A stretch of DNA of 64,000 bases, taken from an uncultured Pelagibacteraceae bacterium (GTDB taxonomy: Bacteria > Pseudomonadota > Alphaproteobacteria > Pelagibacterales > Pelagibacteraceae). Position 1 is the first letter of the stretch. Every line of letters starts with the position of its first letter. The notes beneath the pieces were generated by a model. That model was not told the origin of the DNA. It saw nothing but the letters and a program-made list of their open reading frames with translations, and did no database searches. Positions 19,075-30,191 of the stretch are shown in pieces. The position numbers and the translations under genes were made by a program. Location: NCBI GenBank assembly GCA_902633185.1, contig CACPFN010000006.1, forward strand, positions 1,530 to 65,529. Reading direction: 5' to 3'.

Positions 19075-20195
19075 AAAAAGTTGCAATTGTAGGAGCTGGT
19101 ATATCTGGTTTGTATCTTGCAAATGAATTAAACAAAAATACCGAAATAGACTATAAAATCTTTGAAAAAAAAGATTACCTTAATTTAAATGAAGGTTATG
19201 GTATTCAACTTTCAGTTAATAGTATTCATTTGTTAAATAAAGTAGGATTTAAAAATATTTCAGCATCAGATGTTTATTATCCAACAAAAGTTAATTTTTT
19301 CCAGGCTAATAATATTAAAAAGATTTGTGAAATTGATTTAAAGCAATTCAATAATGTAAACGACCGTTACACAACACTTAAAAGATCAACATTAATAAAG
19401 TTTTTAATTAGTAATATTCCTGAGGAAAAAATTCAATTTAAAGCCGATATTAAGAATATTGAATATAATGAAAAAATAAAGATTTCTTGGAATAATAAGA
19501 ATGAAAGTTTCGATTATATAGTAATTGCCGACGGTGTTTTTTCAAAATTAAAATCCCAAATATCCAATAATTATTTAAACCCAATTTTTAATGGGAACAT
19601 TGCTTTAAGGGCGAATTTAAAACAACATGAAAAAGATAATATTTCTGTATATATGGGATCAAATTTTCACTATGTAACTTATCCTGTAAATCAAAAACTC
19701 GAATATAATTTCGTTGCTATAATCAAAAAGAAACTGAATACTCAAGAAATTGAAGATAAAAATATTCTTAATTCAGAAACATTTATAAAATCTTTAAAAG
19801 ACTTTATTTCAAAAAATTCTATTATAAATTTGGAAAGTTTAGCAAATATAAAGTGTTTTCCTGTATTTGTAAGCACTGAATTACCTACATTAAAATATCA
19901 AAATACTTATTTGAGTGGTGATGCTTTATTTGCTTTTCCACCTTCTTTTGCACAAGGTGCTTCTCAAAGTATTGAAACGGCAAATGGTATTTTAGAAAAT
20001 ATTACAAATTCAAACAATGTTTATAAAGATAAAATAAGTAAAATATTACAAGTAAACAAAAGATCTAAACTAAATCATTTTGCCTTCCATTTAACTAATC
20101 CAATAATAATATTAATTAGAAATATTGTATTGAAATTTCTATCAAAAAATAAAAAATTCCTAAAGAGTTATCTTGGAAAAATTTATAGAAATTAA
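19071..20195 (+). CDS. FAD-dependent monooxygenase (salicylate hydroxylase-like)
   Basis: VGAGISGL, GYGIQLS, IADGVFS, GDA...PPSFAQGASQSIE. Confidence 0.8.
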   Translation: MKKVAIVGAGISGLYLANELNKNTEIDYKIFEKKDYLNLNEGYGIQLSVNSIHLLNKVGFKNISASDVYYPTKVNFFQANNIKKICEIDLKQFNNVNDRYTTLKRSTLIKFLISNIPEEKIQFKADIKNIEYNEKIKISWNNKNESFDYIVIADGVFSKLKSQISNNYLNPIFNGNIALRANLKQHEKDNISVYMGSNFHYVTYPVNQKLEYNFVAIIKKKLNTQEIEDKNILNSETFIKSLKDFISKNSIINLESLANIKCFPVFVSTELPTLKYQNTYLSGDALFAFPPSFAQGASQSIETANGILENITNSNNVYKDKISKILQVNKRSKLNHFAFHLTNPIIILIRNIVLKFLSKNKKFLKSYLGKIYRN

Positions 20196-21265
20196 GTAGT
20201 TGGCCTTAGTCTTTGCCTCAAATCATCAATTGGTTTGAGTGAATTACCTGATTTATAATACCAAAAAGTCCAACCGTTACAGCTCTCAGCACCTAATATT
20301 TGTGCAGCAACTTTATGTATTGATCCTTCTGATTTCCGATATTTTATACTACCATCAATCATAATTTTCGCATTGATTTGTTTTTTTTGATCAAAAATTT
20401 CAGTACCAGGTTTAATAATTCCTAATTCAACCAAAGATCCAAATGGCACTCTTGGTTTAGATCTATTATTTTTTATAGTATCTAAATATTCATCTTCTAT
20501 AATTTTTGTATTTTTAATTCTTTTAATTGCAGCTTCAAAATATTTTTTTTCTTTTTCTACCCCAAAATAATTTCTACCTAACTTTTTGGATACTACTGCA
20601 GTTGTTCCCGTACCAAGAAACGGGTCCAATATTAAATCACCTTTATTAGAGGATGCTAATATAATTCTGTGCAATAAAGATTCTGGCTTTTGTGTTGAGT
20701 GAACTTTATTACCATTATTTTTTAGTCTTTCTTTTCCATTACATATAGGTAAATTCCATGTAGATCTCATCTGTAGATCATCGTTTAAACATTTAAGTGA
20801 TTGATAATTAAAAGTATACTTTGAACCTTCACTTTTTGATGCCCATATAAGTGTTTCATGCGCATTTGTAAAACGTGTTCCTCTAAAATTTGGCATAGGG
20901 TTATTTTTATTCCAAATCACATCATTTAGTATCCAAAAACCTAAATCTTGCATTTTTGAACCAACTCTAAAAATATTATGATAACTTCCTATGACCCATA
21001 TAGATCCATTTTTTTTTAAAATTCTTTTACATTCTTTAAGCCATTGAACTGAAAACTCATCATAACTTTTAAAACTATCGAATTTATCCCACGCATCGTC
21101 AACAGCATCGACTTTAGATCTATCAGGTCGACTTAATTCCTTTTTTAGTTGAAGGTTGTAAGGTGGATCTGCAAATATAAGATCAAAACTTTCAGCCGGA
21201 ATTTTTTTTAATTCCTTAATACTATCTCCATTAATAATTTTATTTTTTATGTCTGAAATGATCAT
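20192..21265 (-). CDS. ccrM: Cell-cycle-regulated GANTC adenine methyltransferase
   Basis: FADPPYNLQL, GSYHNIFR, NPMPNFRGTRFTNAHET, HSTQKPE, LDPFLGTGTT; C-terminal GSIHK..A...CNGWTFW domain. Confidence 0.95.
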   Translation of the reverse strand: MIISDIKNKIINGDSIKELKKIPAESFDLIFADPPYNLQLKKELSRPDRSKVDAVDDAWDKFDSFKSYDEFSVQWLKECKRILKKNGSIWVIGSYHNIFRVGSKMQDLGFWILNDVIWNKNNPMPNFRGTRFTNAHETLIWASKSEGSKYTFNYQSLKCLNDDLQMRSTWNLPICNGKERLKNNGNKVHSTQKPESLLHRIILASSNKGDLILDPFLGTGTTAVVSKKLGRNYFGVEKEKKYFEAAIKRIKNTKIIEDEYLDTIKNNRSKPRVPFGSLVELGIIKPGTEIFDQKKQINAKIMIDGSIKYRKSEGSIHKVAAQILGAESCNGWTFWYYKSGNSLKPIDDLRQRLRPTT

Positions 21266-21278
21266 TTTATATTTTCGA

Positions 21279-21307
21279 ATTAGACTCCAGTCATGAGTCT
21301 ACGTCAA
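21279..21307 (-). promoter_or_regulatory. Putative sigma70 promoter of ccrM containing two GANTC sites in an inverted repeat
   Basis: Minus strand TTGACG-17 bp-TCTAAT; TAGACTC (21281-87) and GAGTCTA (21295-301) are inverted repeats. Confidence 0.6.
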
Positions 21308-21343
21308 CCTGTGATTGAATTTATTGATTGATAATTGTTATGA

Positions 21344-21919
21344 TTATTTTTTAAGACTCAATATCTTGTGTATTGGTTGGAAGGTTTTTCTATGAAATCT
21401 AGTCACTCCAAATTTTTTAATAGCTTTGATATGATCCTTAGTTCCATAACCTGCATTATTATCCCAGCCGTATTTTTTAAAAGAAAAAGACATCTTTTTC
21501 ATTAGCTTATCTCTTTCAACTTTAGCAATAATCGATGCGGCTGAAATTTCAGGAATTTTTTCATCACCTTTTACAATAGTTTTAATTACATAATTTTTTA
21601 AGTCTGGTGGTTTATTACCATCTATTAAAACTTTTTTAGGTTTCAATTTGAGTTTCTTAATTGCTCTTTTCATTGAAAGTAGGCTAGCATTTAAAATATT
21701 AATTTTTTCAATTTCCTCTATTGATGCAGATCCTAACGCCCAAACTGAATTTTTTTTTATATATTTAGCTAAAGATTGTCTCTGAATTTTATTAAGTTTT
21801 TTTGAATCTTTAAGAATTTTTCTATTAATATCTTTATTTAAAATAACAGCGGCTGCATAAACTGGTCCTACAAGACTCCCCCTCCCAACTTCATCAACCC
21901 CAGCAATAATTTCTCTCAT
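21344..21919 (-). CDS. rnhB: Ribonuclease HII
   Basis: GVDEVGRGSLVGPV, DSKKL, IDGN, KGD, AASIIAKVERD, GYGT..H. Confidence 0.96.
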   Translation of the reverse strand: MREIIAGVDEVGRGSLVGPVYAAAVILNKDINRKILKDSKKLNKIQRQSLAKYIKKNSVWALGSASIEEIEKINILNASLLSMKRAIKKLKLKPKKVLIDGNKPPDLKNYVIKTIVKGDEKIPEISAASIIAKVERDKLMKKMSFSFKKYGWDNNAGYGTKDHIKAIKKFGVTRFHRKTFQPIHKILSLKK

Positions 21920-21937
21920 ATAAAATATTATTAAAAT

Positions 21938-22642
21938 TTAAATATCTAAACCAGTTTCATCCATTTTTTTTTTAATTTCTTTAAGGTCGGCCCAAGAATA
22001 TTTTTTTTGCTCTGCTTGTCTTAGCAGATATGCTGGATGAAAAGTTATCATTGTTAAATATGTTTTATTATTAATTATTACTTCCTTCCATTTTCCTCTT
22101 TCTTTAGAGATTTTAATTTTATTCCCGAAGAGCGCTTCCATTGCTGTGCTTCCCATTAAAATAAGTATTTCTGGATTTATAATCGAAATATGTTTTCTTA
22201 AATATTCAGAGTATCTATTTATTTCTGATATTTCAGGCTTTCTGTTATTTGGAGGTCTATAATTTACAACATTAGTTATATACACTTTCGTTCTATCTAA
22301 ATTAATAGCGTTCAACATTTTATTTAAAAGCATTCCTGCATCACCTACAAAAGGTTTTCCTAATTCATCTTCTTTTTGTCCAGGTCCTTCACCTACAATC
22401 ATTATTTTTGAAGATGAATTTCCATCACTGAAAACAAGATTTTTTGCACTTTTTTTTAGTTCACAATCTTCAATCTTTTCTATTTCAACTCTAAGTTTTG
22501 CTAATTCTTCAGATTTTTCCTCATTAGAAGCATTATTTTTAAATCTATTTATTGGCTCATCACTAAATTCATATTCAATACCTAGCTCGTTTAATAAATC
22601 ACTATCAAATATGTCATTTTGATTTTTTTCATTTAAAGTCAT
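21938..22642 (-). CDS. Uracil-DNA glycosylase, family 4
   Basis: GEGPGQKED, PFVG, RPPNNRKP, FHPAYLLR. Confidence 0.92.
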   Translation of the reverse strand: MTLNEKNQNDIFDSDLLNELGIEYEFSDEPINRFKNNASNEEKSEELAKLRVEIEKIEDCELKKSAKNLVFSDGNSSSKIMIVGEGPGQKEDELGKPFVGDAGMLLNKMLNAINLDRTKVYITNVVNYRPPNNRKPEISEINRYSEYLRKHISIINPEILILMGSTAMEALFGNKIKISKERGKWKEVIINNKTYLTMITFHPAYLLRQAEQKKYSWADLKEIKKKMDETGLDI

Positions 22643-22652
22643 AAAGTAAAAA

Positions 22653-24332
22653 ATGTTCTTAAAAATTTTTTGTTTTATAATATTAATTCTATACCAAACA
22701 AATCTCTATTCAAAAGCAGCGAATGAAAAAGAATTCAACCAGAAGTATCTATCAAGTTATCTTTCGGCATTATTATCATTTGATAACCAGAAAAATAATG
22801 ATGCTCTTAAGTTTTTTGAAAATTCAAAAATATTAATTCAATCACATGATAGTTTTTTGCAAGAATATGTATTTTCTTTACTTTTGGATGGACAGGTTAA
22901 AAAAGCAATTAACCAGGTAAAATATTCTAATACCTCAATAGGAGGAGATTTTTTTGAGGGAAATTTATTATTAATTTTAGATAGCATTAAAAAGAAAAAG
23001 TTTAAACAAGCAGCTTTGAAGTTAAAAAAATTGGAAAAATTCAAAGAGGACGACTCATACAAATTTATAATTTATTCTAGCTTAAAAAGTTACATTGACC
23101 TTTTTATATATAAAAAATCTGACATTGTTGAGCAATTTGGAAAATTAGATTTGATAAATATGGGTTTTCAAAATTGTTATTTAAATTCCAAAAAAACAGA
23201 ATCTTATTTTTTAAATTTGATTAACGATCCTCAAAGTGATTACTCTAGATATACTTTTTTTTATTTGAGTAACGAAGTGTCTAATAATGACCTTGAAACT
23301 GTTGATAATTTTGCTGATACAATAGATCCTTTAAGAAGTAGTTTGCTTATTTCTCAAGTAAAAAAATGGATAGAAGAAAAAAAATATACAAAATTAACAC
23401 AGCATTTTTCATGCCAAAATGAGAATGATATTTTGGCAGAATTCTTTTTCCTTATATCTAATTTTTATTCATCTCAAAGTAGATTTGATTATTCAAACAT
23501 ATATTTAAATATTTCAAATTATTTAAATCCAAAATTTTATTTTAATTTATCTCTAATAGCTGAAAACTATCAATCTAATAATAATTATGATCTGGCAAAA
23601 AAAACTTTCGAAAAATTTGATGATAAGGATGAAATATTTTTTTGGTACAAAACAAAGAAGATTGCAAGAATTATAGCAGAGGAAGAAAATTATGATGCAA
23701 GTTTGAACTATATATTAAAAAATCTTAAAAAATTTAATAATAAATCGACAAAGATGATTTATGATTTGGCAAATATTTACAAAAACTTTAAAAAATATGA
23801 TGAGGCTATAAATTATTATACTTTGGCCTTAAAAAATTTGGATAAAAATTCTATGGCTTATGCAGATGTTCTTTATCGCAGAGGTGGAGCGTATGAAAGA
23901 TTAAAAAATTATGATTTGGCGGATAAGGATTTGCTAAATTCAATTAAAATTAGACCTAACGAACCCTATACACTTAACTATCTCGCTTATAGTTGGTTAG
24001 AAAGAGGATATAAAATTGAAGAAGCAATAGAAATGTTAAATCAAGCTTACAAAGGGAAAGAAGAAGATCCTTACATAACAGACTCTGTTGGTTGGGGTTA
24101 TTATTTGACAGGAAATTATATTGAAGCAGAAAAATATTTAAGAAAAGCTGTTGAATTGTTACCAAGTGATCCTGTTGCAAGTGATCATTATGGAGATGTT
24201 CTTTGGCAATTAAATAGAAAAATCCAAGCTAATTATTTTTGGAAAAGTGCTTTAAATAGCGATGAAGCAGATGAAGAATTGAAAATTAAAGTAAAGGAAA
24301 AATTATATAATGGCTTAAATAATAATTCTTAA
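22653..24332 (+). CDS. Exported TPR-repeat protein
   Basis: Signal peptide; LNYLAYSW, YITDSVGWGYY, DHYGDVLW; conserved neighbour of ispE. Confidence 0.88.
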   Translation: MFLKIFCFIILILYQTNLYSKAANEKEFNQKYLSSYLSALLSFDNQKNNDALKFFENSKILIQSHDSFLQEYVFSLLLDGQVKKAINQVKYSNTSIGGDFFEGNLLLILDSIKKKKFKQAALKLKKLEKFKEDDSYKFIIYSSLKSYIDLFIYKKSDIVEQFGKLDLINMGFQNCYLNSKKTESYFLNLINDPQSDYSRYTFFYLSNEVSNNDLETVDNFADTIDPLRSSLLISQVKKWIEEKKYTKLTQHFSCQNENDILAEFFFLISNFYSSQSRFDYSNIYLNISNYLNPKFYFNLSLIAENYQSNNNYDLAKKTFEKFDDKDEIFFWYKTKKIARIIAEEENYDASLNYILKNLKKFNNKSTKMIYDLANIYKNFKKYDEAINYYTLALKNLDKNSMAYADVLYRRGGAYERLKNYDLADKDLLNSIKIRPNEPYTLNYLAYSWLERGYKIEEAIEMLNQAYKGKEEDPYITDSVGWGYYLTGNYIEAEKYLRKAVELLPSDPVASDHYGDVLWQLNRKIQANYFWKSALNSDEADEELKIKVKEKLYNGLNNNS

Positions 24333-25175
24333 ATGAAGTTTCATAAAATAAAATCATTTGCAAAAGTAAACTTAACTTTAAAAATTTTAAATAAATACTC
24401 AAATGGTTATCATAAAATCGAAAGTTTAATATCTAAGATCAATTTGGCTGATGAGATTTTAATAAAAGAGACACAAGGTTCAAAAAATAAAATATCGTTT
24501 AGTGGGAAATTTTCCTCAAATATTTCAAATACAAATACAATTTCAAAACTACTAAAAATCTTAAATAATCAAAATTATATTAAAAATAAAAAATTCAATA
24601 TCAAAGTAAAAAAAAATATACCCCAATCTTCTGGTATGGGGGGAGGATCTATGAATGCAGCATCCATTTTGAACTACCTATTTAAAAAAAGAATAATTAA
24701 AACTACAAAAAATAATTTAATTAAAATTGCAAATAAAGTTGGTTCAGATGTAATTTTGGGTCTTTATGAGAGTCCAATGATCCTACAAGGGCAAAAGATA
24801 AGTAAAATTAATAAAAAATTAAATTTTCATTTGTTAATAATAAAGCCTAATTTTGGATGTTCTACTAAGATGATTTATGCAAAACACAGAGGATTTTCAA
24901 AGAGCCTATTCCATAAATCAAAAAACATTAACAGACAAGATTTATTAAAAGTTTCGAATAACGATTTAGAGAGAGCAGCTTTTAATAAATATCCAATTTT
25001 AGGAAGTATCAAAAGTTACTTGCAAAATTTAGATAATATTTACTTTGCAAATATGACAGGCTCGGGTTCGACTATAATTGGTTATTTTTTAACCAAAAAT
25101 GCGGCAATAAAAGCTCAAAAAAAATTAAAAAATAAATATAAAAACTATTGGTGTATTTACTCTAAAACTATATAA
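24333..25175 (+). CDS. ispE: 4-diphosphocytidyl-2-C-methyl-D-erythritol kinase
   Basis: AKVNLTL, GYH, KNIP..SGMGGGS, GSDV, NDLE, MTGSGST. Confidence 0.93.
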   Translation: MKFHKIKSFAKVNLTLKILNKYSNGYHKIESLISKINLADEILIKETQGSKNKISFSGKFSSNISNTNTISKLLKILNNQNYIKNKKFNIKVKKNIPQSSGMGGGSMNAASILNYLFKKRIIKTTKNNLIKIANKVGSDVILGLYESPMILQGQKISKINKKLNFHLLIIKPNFGCSTKMIYAKHRGFSKSLFHKSKNINRQDLLKVSNNDLERAAFNKYPILGSIKSYLQNLDNIYFANMTGSGSTIIGYFLTKNAAIKAQKKLKNKYKNYWCIYSKTI

Positions 25176-25207
25176 AGCTTTTTTTTTGTGTTATACGAAA
25201 AACATCT

Positions 25208-25282
25208 TGGGGTGTAGCCAAGTGGTAAGGCAGCGGTTTTTGGTACCGCCATTCCTAGGTTCGAATCCTAGCACCCCAGCCA
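25208..25282 (+). tRNA. tRNA-Gln(TTG)
   Basis: Acceptor TGGGGTG/CACCCCA (U1-A72), anticodon arm GCGGT-TTTTGGT-ACCGC, T-loop TTCGAAT, encoded CCA. Confidence 0.96.
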
Positions 25283-25285
25283 TTT

Positions 25286-26557
25286 ATGAAAGCTTTACTT
25301 AAAAAAATTTTTCAAAACAAAAAAATTTCAAGCGATAAAGATCTCAAATTTCTAGATTTAAAAAATAATAAGGGAGTAAATAAAATATTTGGTGCAATAA
25401 ATAACCACAATGAAACCAGCGAGATTAGATACGTTGGTGGTTGCGTAAGAAAAATTTTAAATGATGAAAAAACAGATGATATCGACCTTGCAACTAATTT
25501 AACTCCTGATCAGGTTAGGCAATGTTTAGATAAAAACGAAATAAAGTTTTTTGAAACAGGAATTGAACATGGCACAATCACAGCAGTTATTGATGATCAA
25601 AATTTTGAAATTACAACATTAAGAAAAGATGTAAAAACAGATGGAAGGCATGCTGTCGTAGAATACACAACTAATTGGAAGGAAGATTCATTAAGGAGAG
25701 ATTTTTCAATAAATTCAATATATTCAGATTTAGACGGGAATTTATATGATCCAAATTCTGGTCATAAAGATTTAAATGTTGGAATAATTAAATTTATAGG
25801 TGATCCAGAAACTAGAATAAAAGAAGATTATTTAAGAATTATTAGATATTTAAGATTTTATACTGAATATAGCAAAATCGATCATGAAATTAATATAATA
25901 AAAATCATTAAAAAAAATATAGAGGGTTTAGGAAAAATATCAAAAGAAAGACAATTCAATGAATTAAAAAAAATTCTCAAATTGGATAACTTTTTAAATT
26001 TATTTAAAAATAAAACCTCTTGTAAATTATTTTCATTAATTTTCCCTCAACTAAAAAATTTTAAAAAATTGAGCAAGTTATCAAAACCACAAGAAAAGAT
26101 ATTAAAAAATAAAAGTTTAAATTTCGTCATTTCTTTTCTTGTAATCGATGAAACTGACAATTCTGATTATTTTGTGTATAAATATAATTTACCCAATGAG
26201 TTAAAAGATAAAATTAATTTTCTAAAAAATAATTCGCTAAATAAAGATAGTACTAAAATTTTTAACAAGAAAGATTTACAAAGAATATTTTATTATGAGG
26301 GTAAATCTAGCACAATCGATTTAATTGATTTCAATTTGTTATATTTTAAACAAAGTAAAAAACTTTCAGAATTAAAAACTTACTTTGAAAAATTAGATAA
26401 ACCAGAATTTCCAATAAAAGCTCAGTTATTAATAAATGATTATGGATTAAAGGAGGGAAGGGAATTGGGTCAAAAATTAAAAAATTTAGAAATGAAATGG
26501 ATTGAAAATAATTTTAATTTATCAAAAAAAGATATGGAAAAAGTTTTATCAAATTAA
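25286..26557 (+). CDS. cca: CCA tRNA nucleotidyltransferase
   Basis: [47 protein letters not shown]. Confidence 0.9.
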   Translation: MKALLKKIFQNKKISSDKDLKFLDLKNNKGVNKIFGAINNHNETSEIRYVGGCVRKILNDEKTDDIDLATNLTPDQVRQCLDKNEIKFFETGIEHGTITAVIDDQNFEITTLRKDVKTDGRHAVVEYTTNWKEDSLRRDFSINSIYSDLDGNLYDPNSGHKDLNVGIIKFIGDPETRIKEDYLRIIRYLRFYTEYSKIDHEINIIKIIKKNIEGLGKISKERQFNELKKILKLDNFLNLFKNKTSCKLFSLIFPQLKNFKKLSKLSKPQEKILKNKSLNFVISFLVIDETDNSDYFVYKYNLPNELKDKINFLKNNSLNKDSTKIFNKKDLQRIFYYEGKSSTIDLIDFNLLYFKQSKKLSELKTYFEKLDKPEFPIKAQLLINDYGLKEGRELGQKLKNLEMKWIENNFNLSKKDMEKVLSN

Positions 26558-27030
26558 ACGTATTTTACGTCTACAATTTCAAAATTTTTTGTCCCTGCTG
26601 GTGTATTTATCTCTACAAGATCTCCTTTATTTTTACCTATAAGACCTTTTCCTATCGGTGATTGAAAATAAAGAAGCTTTTGTTTTAGATCTGCCTCGTC
26701 TTTACCAACAATTTTGTAATTTATTTTTTCATTTGTATCTAAATTTTGAAGGTAGACTGTAGATCCAAATATCACCTTCCCATCATTACTAATCTTGGTG
26801 ATATCAATTACATTTGCTCTTGCAATTAAATCCTCAACTTCTTGAATTCTTCCCTCGTTATGAGATTGCTGTTCTTTTGCAGCATGATATTCAGCATTTT
26901 CTTTCAAATCTCCATGTGATCTTGCTTCAGCAATGGCTGCAACAATTTCGGGTCTCTTTTTTTCTTTTAAAAAAATTAATTCACTCTTTAATTTTTCTAA
27001 TCCTTCAGTCGTAATTGGTTCTTTATCCAT
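26554..27030 (-). CDS. greA: Transcription elongation factor GreA
   Basis: [27 protein letters not shown]. Confidence 0.96.
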   Translation of the reverse strand: MDKEPITTEGLEKLKSELIFLKEKKRPEIVAAIAEARSHGDLKENAEYHAAKEQQSHNEGRIQEVEDLIARANVIDITKISNDGKVIFGSTVYLQNLDTNEKINYKIVGKDEADLKQKLLYFQSPIGKGLIGKNKGDLVEINTPAGTKNFEIVDVKYV

Positions 27031-27033
27031 AAA

Positions 27034-27858
27034 TTACCATTTAGCAGTTGGTGGCAATGACATAAGTATAGCTTCAACATTTCCACCAGTTTGTAAACCA
27101 AATTTTGTCCCCCTATCATGTAATAAATTAAATTCAACATATCTACCTCTTTTTTTGTATTGAATTTCTTTATCTTGAATTGACCATTTTAATTTATTTT
27201 TTTTCTCAATTATTTCGTTAGAAATGTTTTTGAAACTTATTCCTACTTCTCTAACAAAAGAAAAATCTTTCTCCCAATTTTTTTTTTTATAATCAAAAAA
27301 AATTCCGCCAATACCTCTTGGTTCCTTCCTATGCGGTAAATAAAAATATTCATCACACCATTTTTTATATTTTTTATAATAATTTTTGTTATGTTTATCA
27401 CACGATTTTTTTAGCTCTGAATGAAACCAATTTTCTAATTTCTTATCTTTTATACAAGGTGTAACATCCATTCCACCTCCAAACCAACCAAATGAAGTAA
27501 CTATATACCTCGTGTTAAAATGCATCGCAGGCACATGAGGATTTTTCATATGCATAACAACAGATATTCCAGATGCCCAAAATTTAGAGCTCTTTTTTGT
27601 ACCCGGAACTTTATTTTTAAATTCGTTTGAAAATTTTCCATAAACTTCTGAAAAATTTACTCCAACTTTATCAAAAATTTTACCGTTTTCTAAAATTCTG
27701 TATTGTCCTCCACCTTCATCATTACTTTTACTTCTATTCCAATTTGTAATTTTAAATTTAATTTTATTGCTCTCTTTTTCCTCTATTTCTCTACAAAGTA
27801 CTTCTTGCAAAGTTTTAAACCAATTTTTTGCTAATTTCTTTTTTATGTATTGATCCAT
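27034..27858 (-). CDS. hemF: Oxygen-dependent coproporphyrinogen III oxidase
   Basis: GVNFS, HMKNPHVPAMHFN, WFGGGMD, RGIGGIFFD, RGRYVEFNL.DRGT. Confidence 0.96.
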   Translation of the reverse strand: MDQYIKKKLAKNWFKTLQEVLCREIEEKESNKIKFKITNWNRSKSNDEGGGQYRILENGKIFDKVGVNFSEVYGKFSNEFKNKVPGTKKSSKFWASGISVVMHMKNPHVPAMHFNTRYIVTSFGWFGGGMDVTPCIKDKKLENWFHSELKKSCDKHNKNYYKKYKKWCDEYFYLPHRKEPRGIGGIFFDYKKKNWEKDFSFVREVGISFKNISNEIIEKKNKLKWSIQDKEIQYKKRGRYVEFNLLHDRGTKFGLQTGGNVEAILMSLPPTAKW

Positions 27859-28335
27859 TTAACCTAACTGTCTTATAAATTCTGAAGCACCTATGGCCAC
27901 TGATATTGAAATGTTTAAAGATCTTTTATTTTTAAGCATCGGAATTTTAATTCTTTCATTAACCTTAGAATGCACATCTTCTGGAACACCCGCACTTTCT
28001 CTGCCAAAGAGCAATATATCATCACGCTTAAATTTAAATTTTGTATAAATTTTGCTAGCTTTTGTTGTCATTAAAACTACTCTATTTTTAATATTTTCAT
28101 CAAAGAATTCTTTAGGACTCTTGTAAAATTTTATTTCACTGTAATCTAAATAATCCATAACAACTCTCTTGAACCTTTTATCGCTTAATAAAAACCCACA
28201 AGGTTCAATGATTTCTAAACTAGCCCCAAGGCAAGAACAAGTTCGAATTATTGAAGCTGTATTTTGAGGAATATCTGGCTGATATAAAGCTACTTTTGGA
28301 CCGTGTTTTGAAGGTTTCTGTGTCATTGTTACCAT
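27859..28335 (-). CDS. trmL: tRNA (cytidine/uridine(34)-2'-O)-methyltransferase
   Basis: [23 protein letters not shown]; exact start uncertain. Confidence 0.9.
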   Translation of the reverse strand: MVTMTQKPSKHGPKVALYQPDIPQNTASIIRTCSCLGASLEIIEPCGFLLSDKRFKRVVMDYLDYSEIKFYKSPKEFFDENIKNRVVLMTTKASKIYTKFKFKRDDILLFGRESAGVPEDVHSKVNERIKIPMLKNKRSLNISISVAIGASEFIRQLG

Positions 28336-28395
28336 AGAAATATCTCTTTTTTATTATATGAAATCATATATTACCAAAGATATAAAATATTAAAG

Positions 28396-28917
28396 ATGTC
28401 AGACCAAAAAGACGAAAAAAAGACCAACAGAAGAGATTTCTTGTTTACCGCTACAGCCGCCGCTGGTGCAGTTGGAGTAGGTGCTGCTGTTTGGCCATTA
28501 GTCGATCAAATGAACCCAGATGCTTCTGTAAAAGCATTAGCAAGCACAGAAGTGGATGTGAGTTCAATGCAACCTGGACAGTCTTTAACAGTTCTTTGGA
28601 GGGGTAAACCGGTTTTTATTAAAAGAAGAACTGAAGATGAAATTAAAAAAGCGAGAACAGTTGATATAAATGATCTTAAGCATCCTGAAAAAGATGAAGA
28701 TAGAGCAAAAAATCCTGAATGGTTAGTGATGCTTGGAATTTGTACTCACCTTGGATGTGTCCCATTAACGGATAAAGGTGATTATGATGGTTGGTTTTGC
28801 CCTTGTCATGGTTCTCATTATGATACATCTGGTAGAATTAGAAAAGGACCAGCTCCGACAAACATGGAGATACCTAAATACGAATTTGTAAATACTAATA
28901 CGATTAAGATTGGATAA
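28396..28917 (+). CDS. petA: Ubiquinol-cytochrome c reductase Rieske Fe-S subunit
   Basis: Tat RRDFL; CTHLGC and CPCHGS. Confidence 0.97.
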   Translation: MSDQKDEKKTNRRDFLFTATAAAGAVGVGAAVWPLVDQMNPDASVKALASTEVDVSSMQPGQSLTVLWRGKPVFIKRRTEDEIKKARTVDINDLKHPEKDEDRAKNPEWLVMLGICTHLGCVPLTDKGDYDGWFCPCHGSHYDTSGRIRKGPAPTNMEIPKYEFVNTNTIKIG

Positions 28918-28919
28918 AT

Positions 28920-30191
28920 ATGAGTGATCACGAATACACACCTAGTTCAAAATTTGGTAAATGGTTTAATGATAGATTGCCTTTGCTTACATTGGCAAAT
29001 CACTTAACAGATTATCCTACACCAAAAAATTTAAATTACTGGTGGACATTTGGTGGGATATTAACCTTTTGCTTAATTACCCAAATAGTTACAGGATTAG
29101 TTTTGGCCATGCACTACATTGCTCATGCAGATATGGCATTCAGCAGTGTCGAACACATAATGAGAGATGTGAATTACGGATGGTTGTTAAGATATGTCCA
29201 TGCAAATGGTGCTTCTATGTTTTTCCTAGCAGTTTATATCCATATTTTTAGATCATTATTTTATGGGTCTTATAAATCTCCTAGAGAAATAATTTGGATA
29301 CTTGGAATCATAATTTATCTGCTAATGATGGCAGCTGCATTTATGGGATATGTTCTTCCTTGGGGACAAATGAGTTTTTGGGGGGCAACAGTAATAACAA
29401 ATTTATTTAGTGCAATCCCACTTGTGGGAGAGAGTATAACAACTTGGTTGTGGGGTGGTTACTCAGTTGACAATCCGACTTTAACAAGATTTTTTACTCT
29501 GCATTACTTGATACCGTTTTTAATACTAGGGCTTGTAGTACTTCACATATGGGCATTACATGTTCCTGGAAATAATAATCCAGTTGGTATTGATATTAAA
29601 AAACCATCTAAAGATACAGTTCCATTTCATCCATACATTGTAATTAAAGATGCTTTTGCGTTATTAATGTTTTGTATAGTTTTTGCGTTGTTTGTATTTT
29701 ATCAACCAAATATTTTAGGACATGCTGATAACTATATCGAGGCAGACCCACTTGTTACTCCAGCTCACATAGTTCCCGAGTGGTACTTACTACCTTTTTA
29801 TGCGATCTTAAGATCAGTTCCTGATAAGCTTATGGGTGTTGTCGCCATGTTATCAGCAATTTTAATTTTAGCTGCTTTACCATGGTTGGATACTTCAAAA
29901 GTTAGATCAGCAGTATTCAGACCATTATTTAGACAGTTCTACTGGATCTTAGTAGCTGATGTTTTAATTCTAGGATATGTAGGGGCGATGCCAGCTGAAG
30001 GATTGTATTTGTTAATCGCAAGAGTTGCTACAGCTTATTACTTTGCGCATTTTTTAATTATTCTTCCAGTTTTAGGATGGAAGGAAAAAACTACCCCGCT
30101 GCCTTTGAGTATTACCGAACCAGTTTTAGGAGGTTCGCCAAATTTAGCTGCGGCAAGGAGTGATGAAAAAATAGAAAAAACAATAAAGTGA
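28920..30191 (+). CDS. petB: Cytochrome b
   Basis: [27 protein letters not shown]. Confidence 0.97.
   Translation: MSDHEYTPSSKFGKWFNDRLPLLTLANHLTDYPTPKNLNYWWTFGGILTFCLITQIVTGLVLAMHYIAHADMAFSSVEHIMRDVNYGWLLRYVHANGASMFFLAVYIHIFRSLFYGSYKSPREIIWILGIIIYLLMMAAAFMGYVLPWGQMSFWGATVITNLFSAIPLVGESITTWLWGGYSVDNPTLTRFFTLHYLIPFLILGLVVLHIWALHVPGNNNPVGIDIKKPSKDTVPFHPYIVIKDAFALLMFCIVFALFVFYQPNILGHADNYIEADPLVTPAHIVPEWYLLPFYAILRSVPDKLMGVVAMLSAILILAALPWLDTSKVRSAVFRPLFRQFYWILVADVLILGYVGAMPAEGLYLLIARVATAYYFAHFLIILPVLGWKEKTTPLPLSITEPVLGGSPNLAAARSDEKIEKTIK

Noticed and set aside
20192-21265. Restriction-modification or defence system
   Set aside because: Orphan CcrM-type methylase in its usual rnhB/mutY neighbourhood, with no adjacent endonuclease
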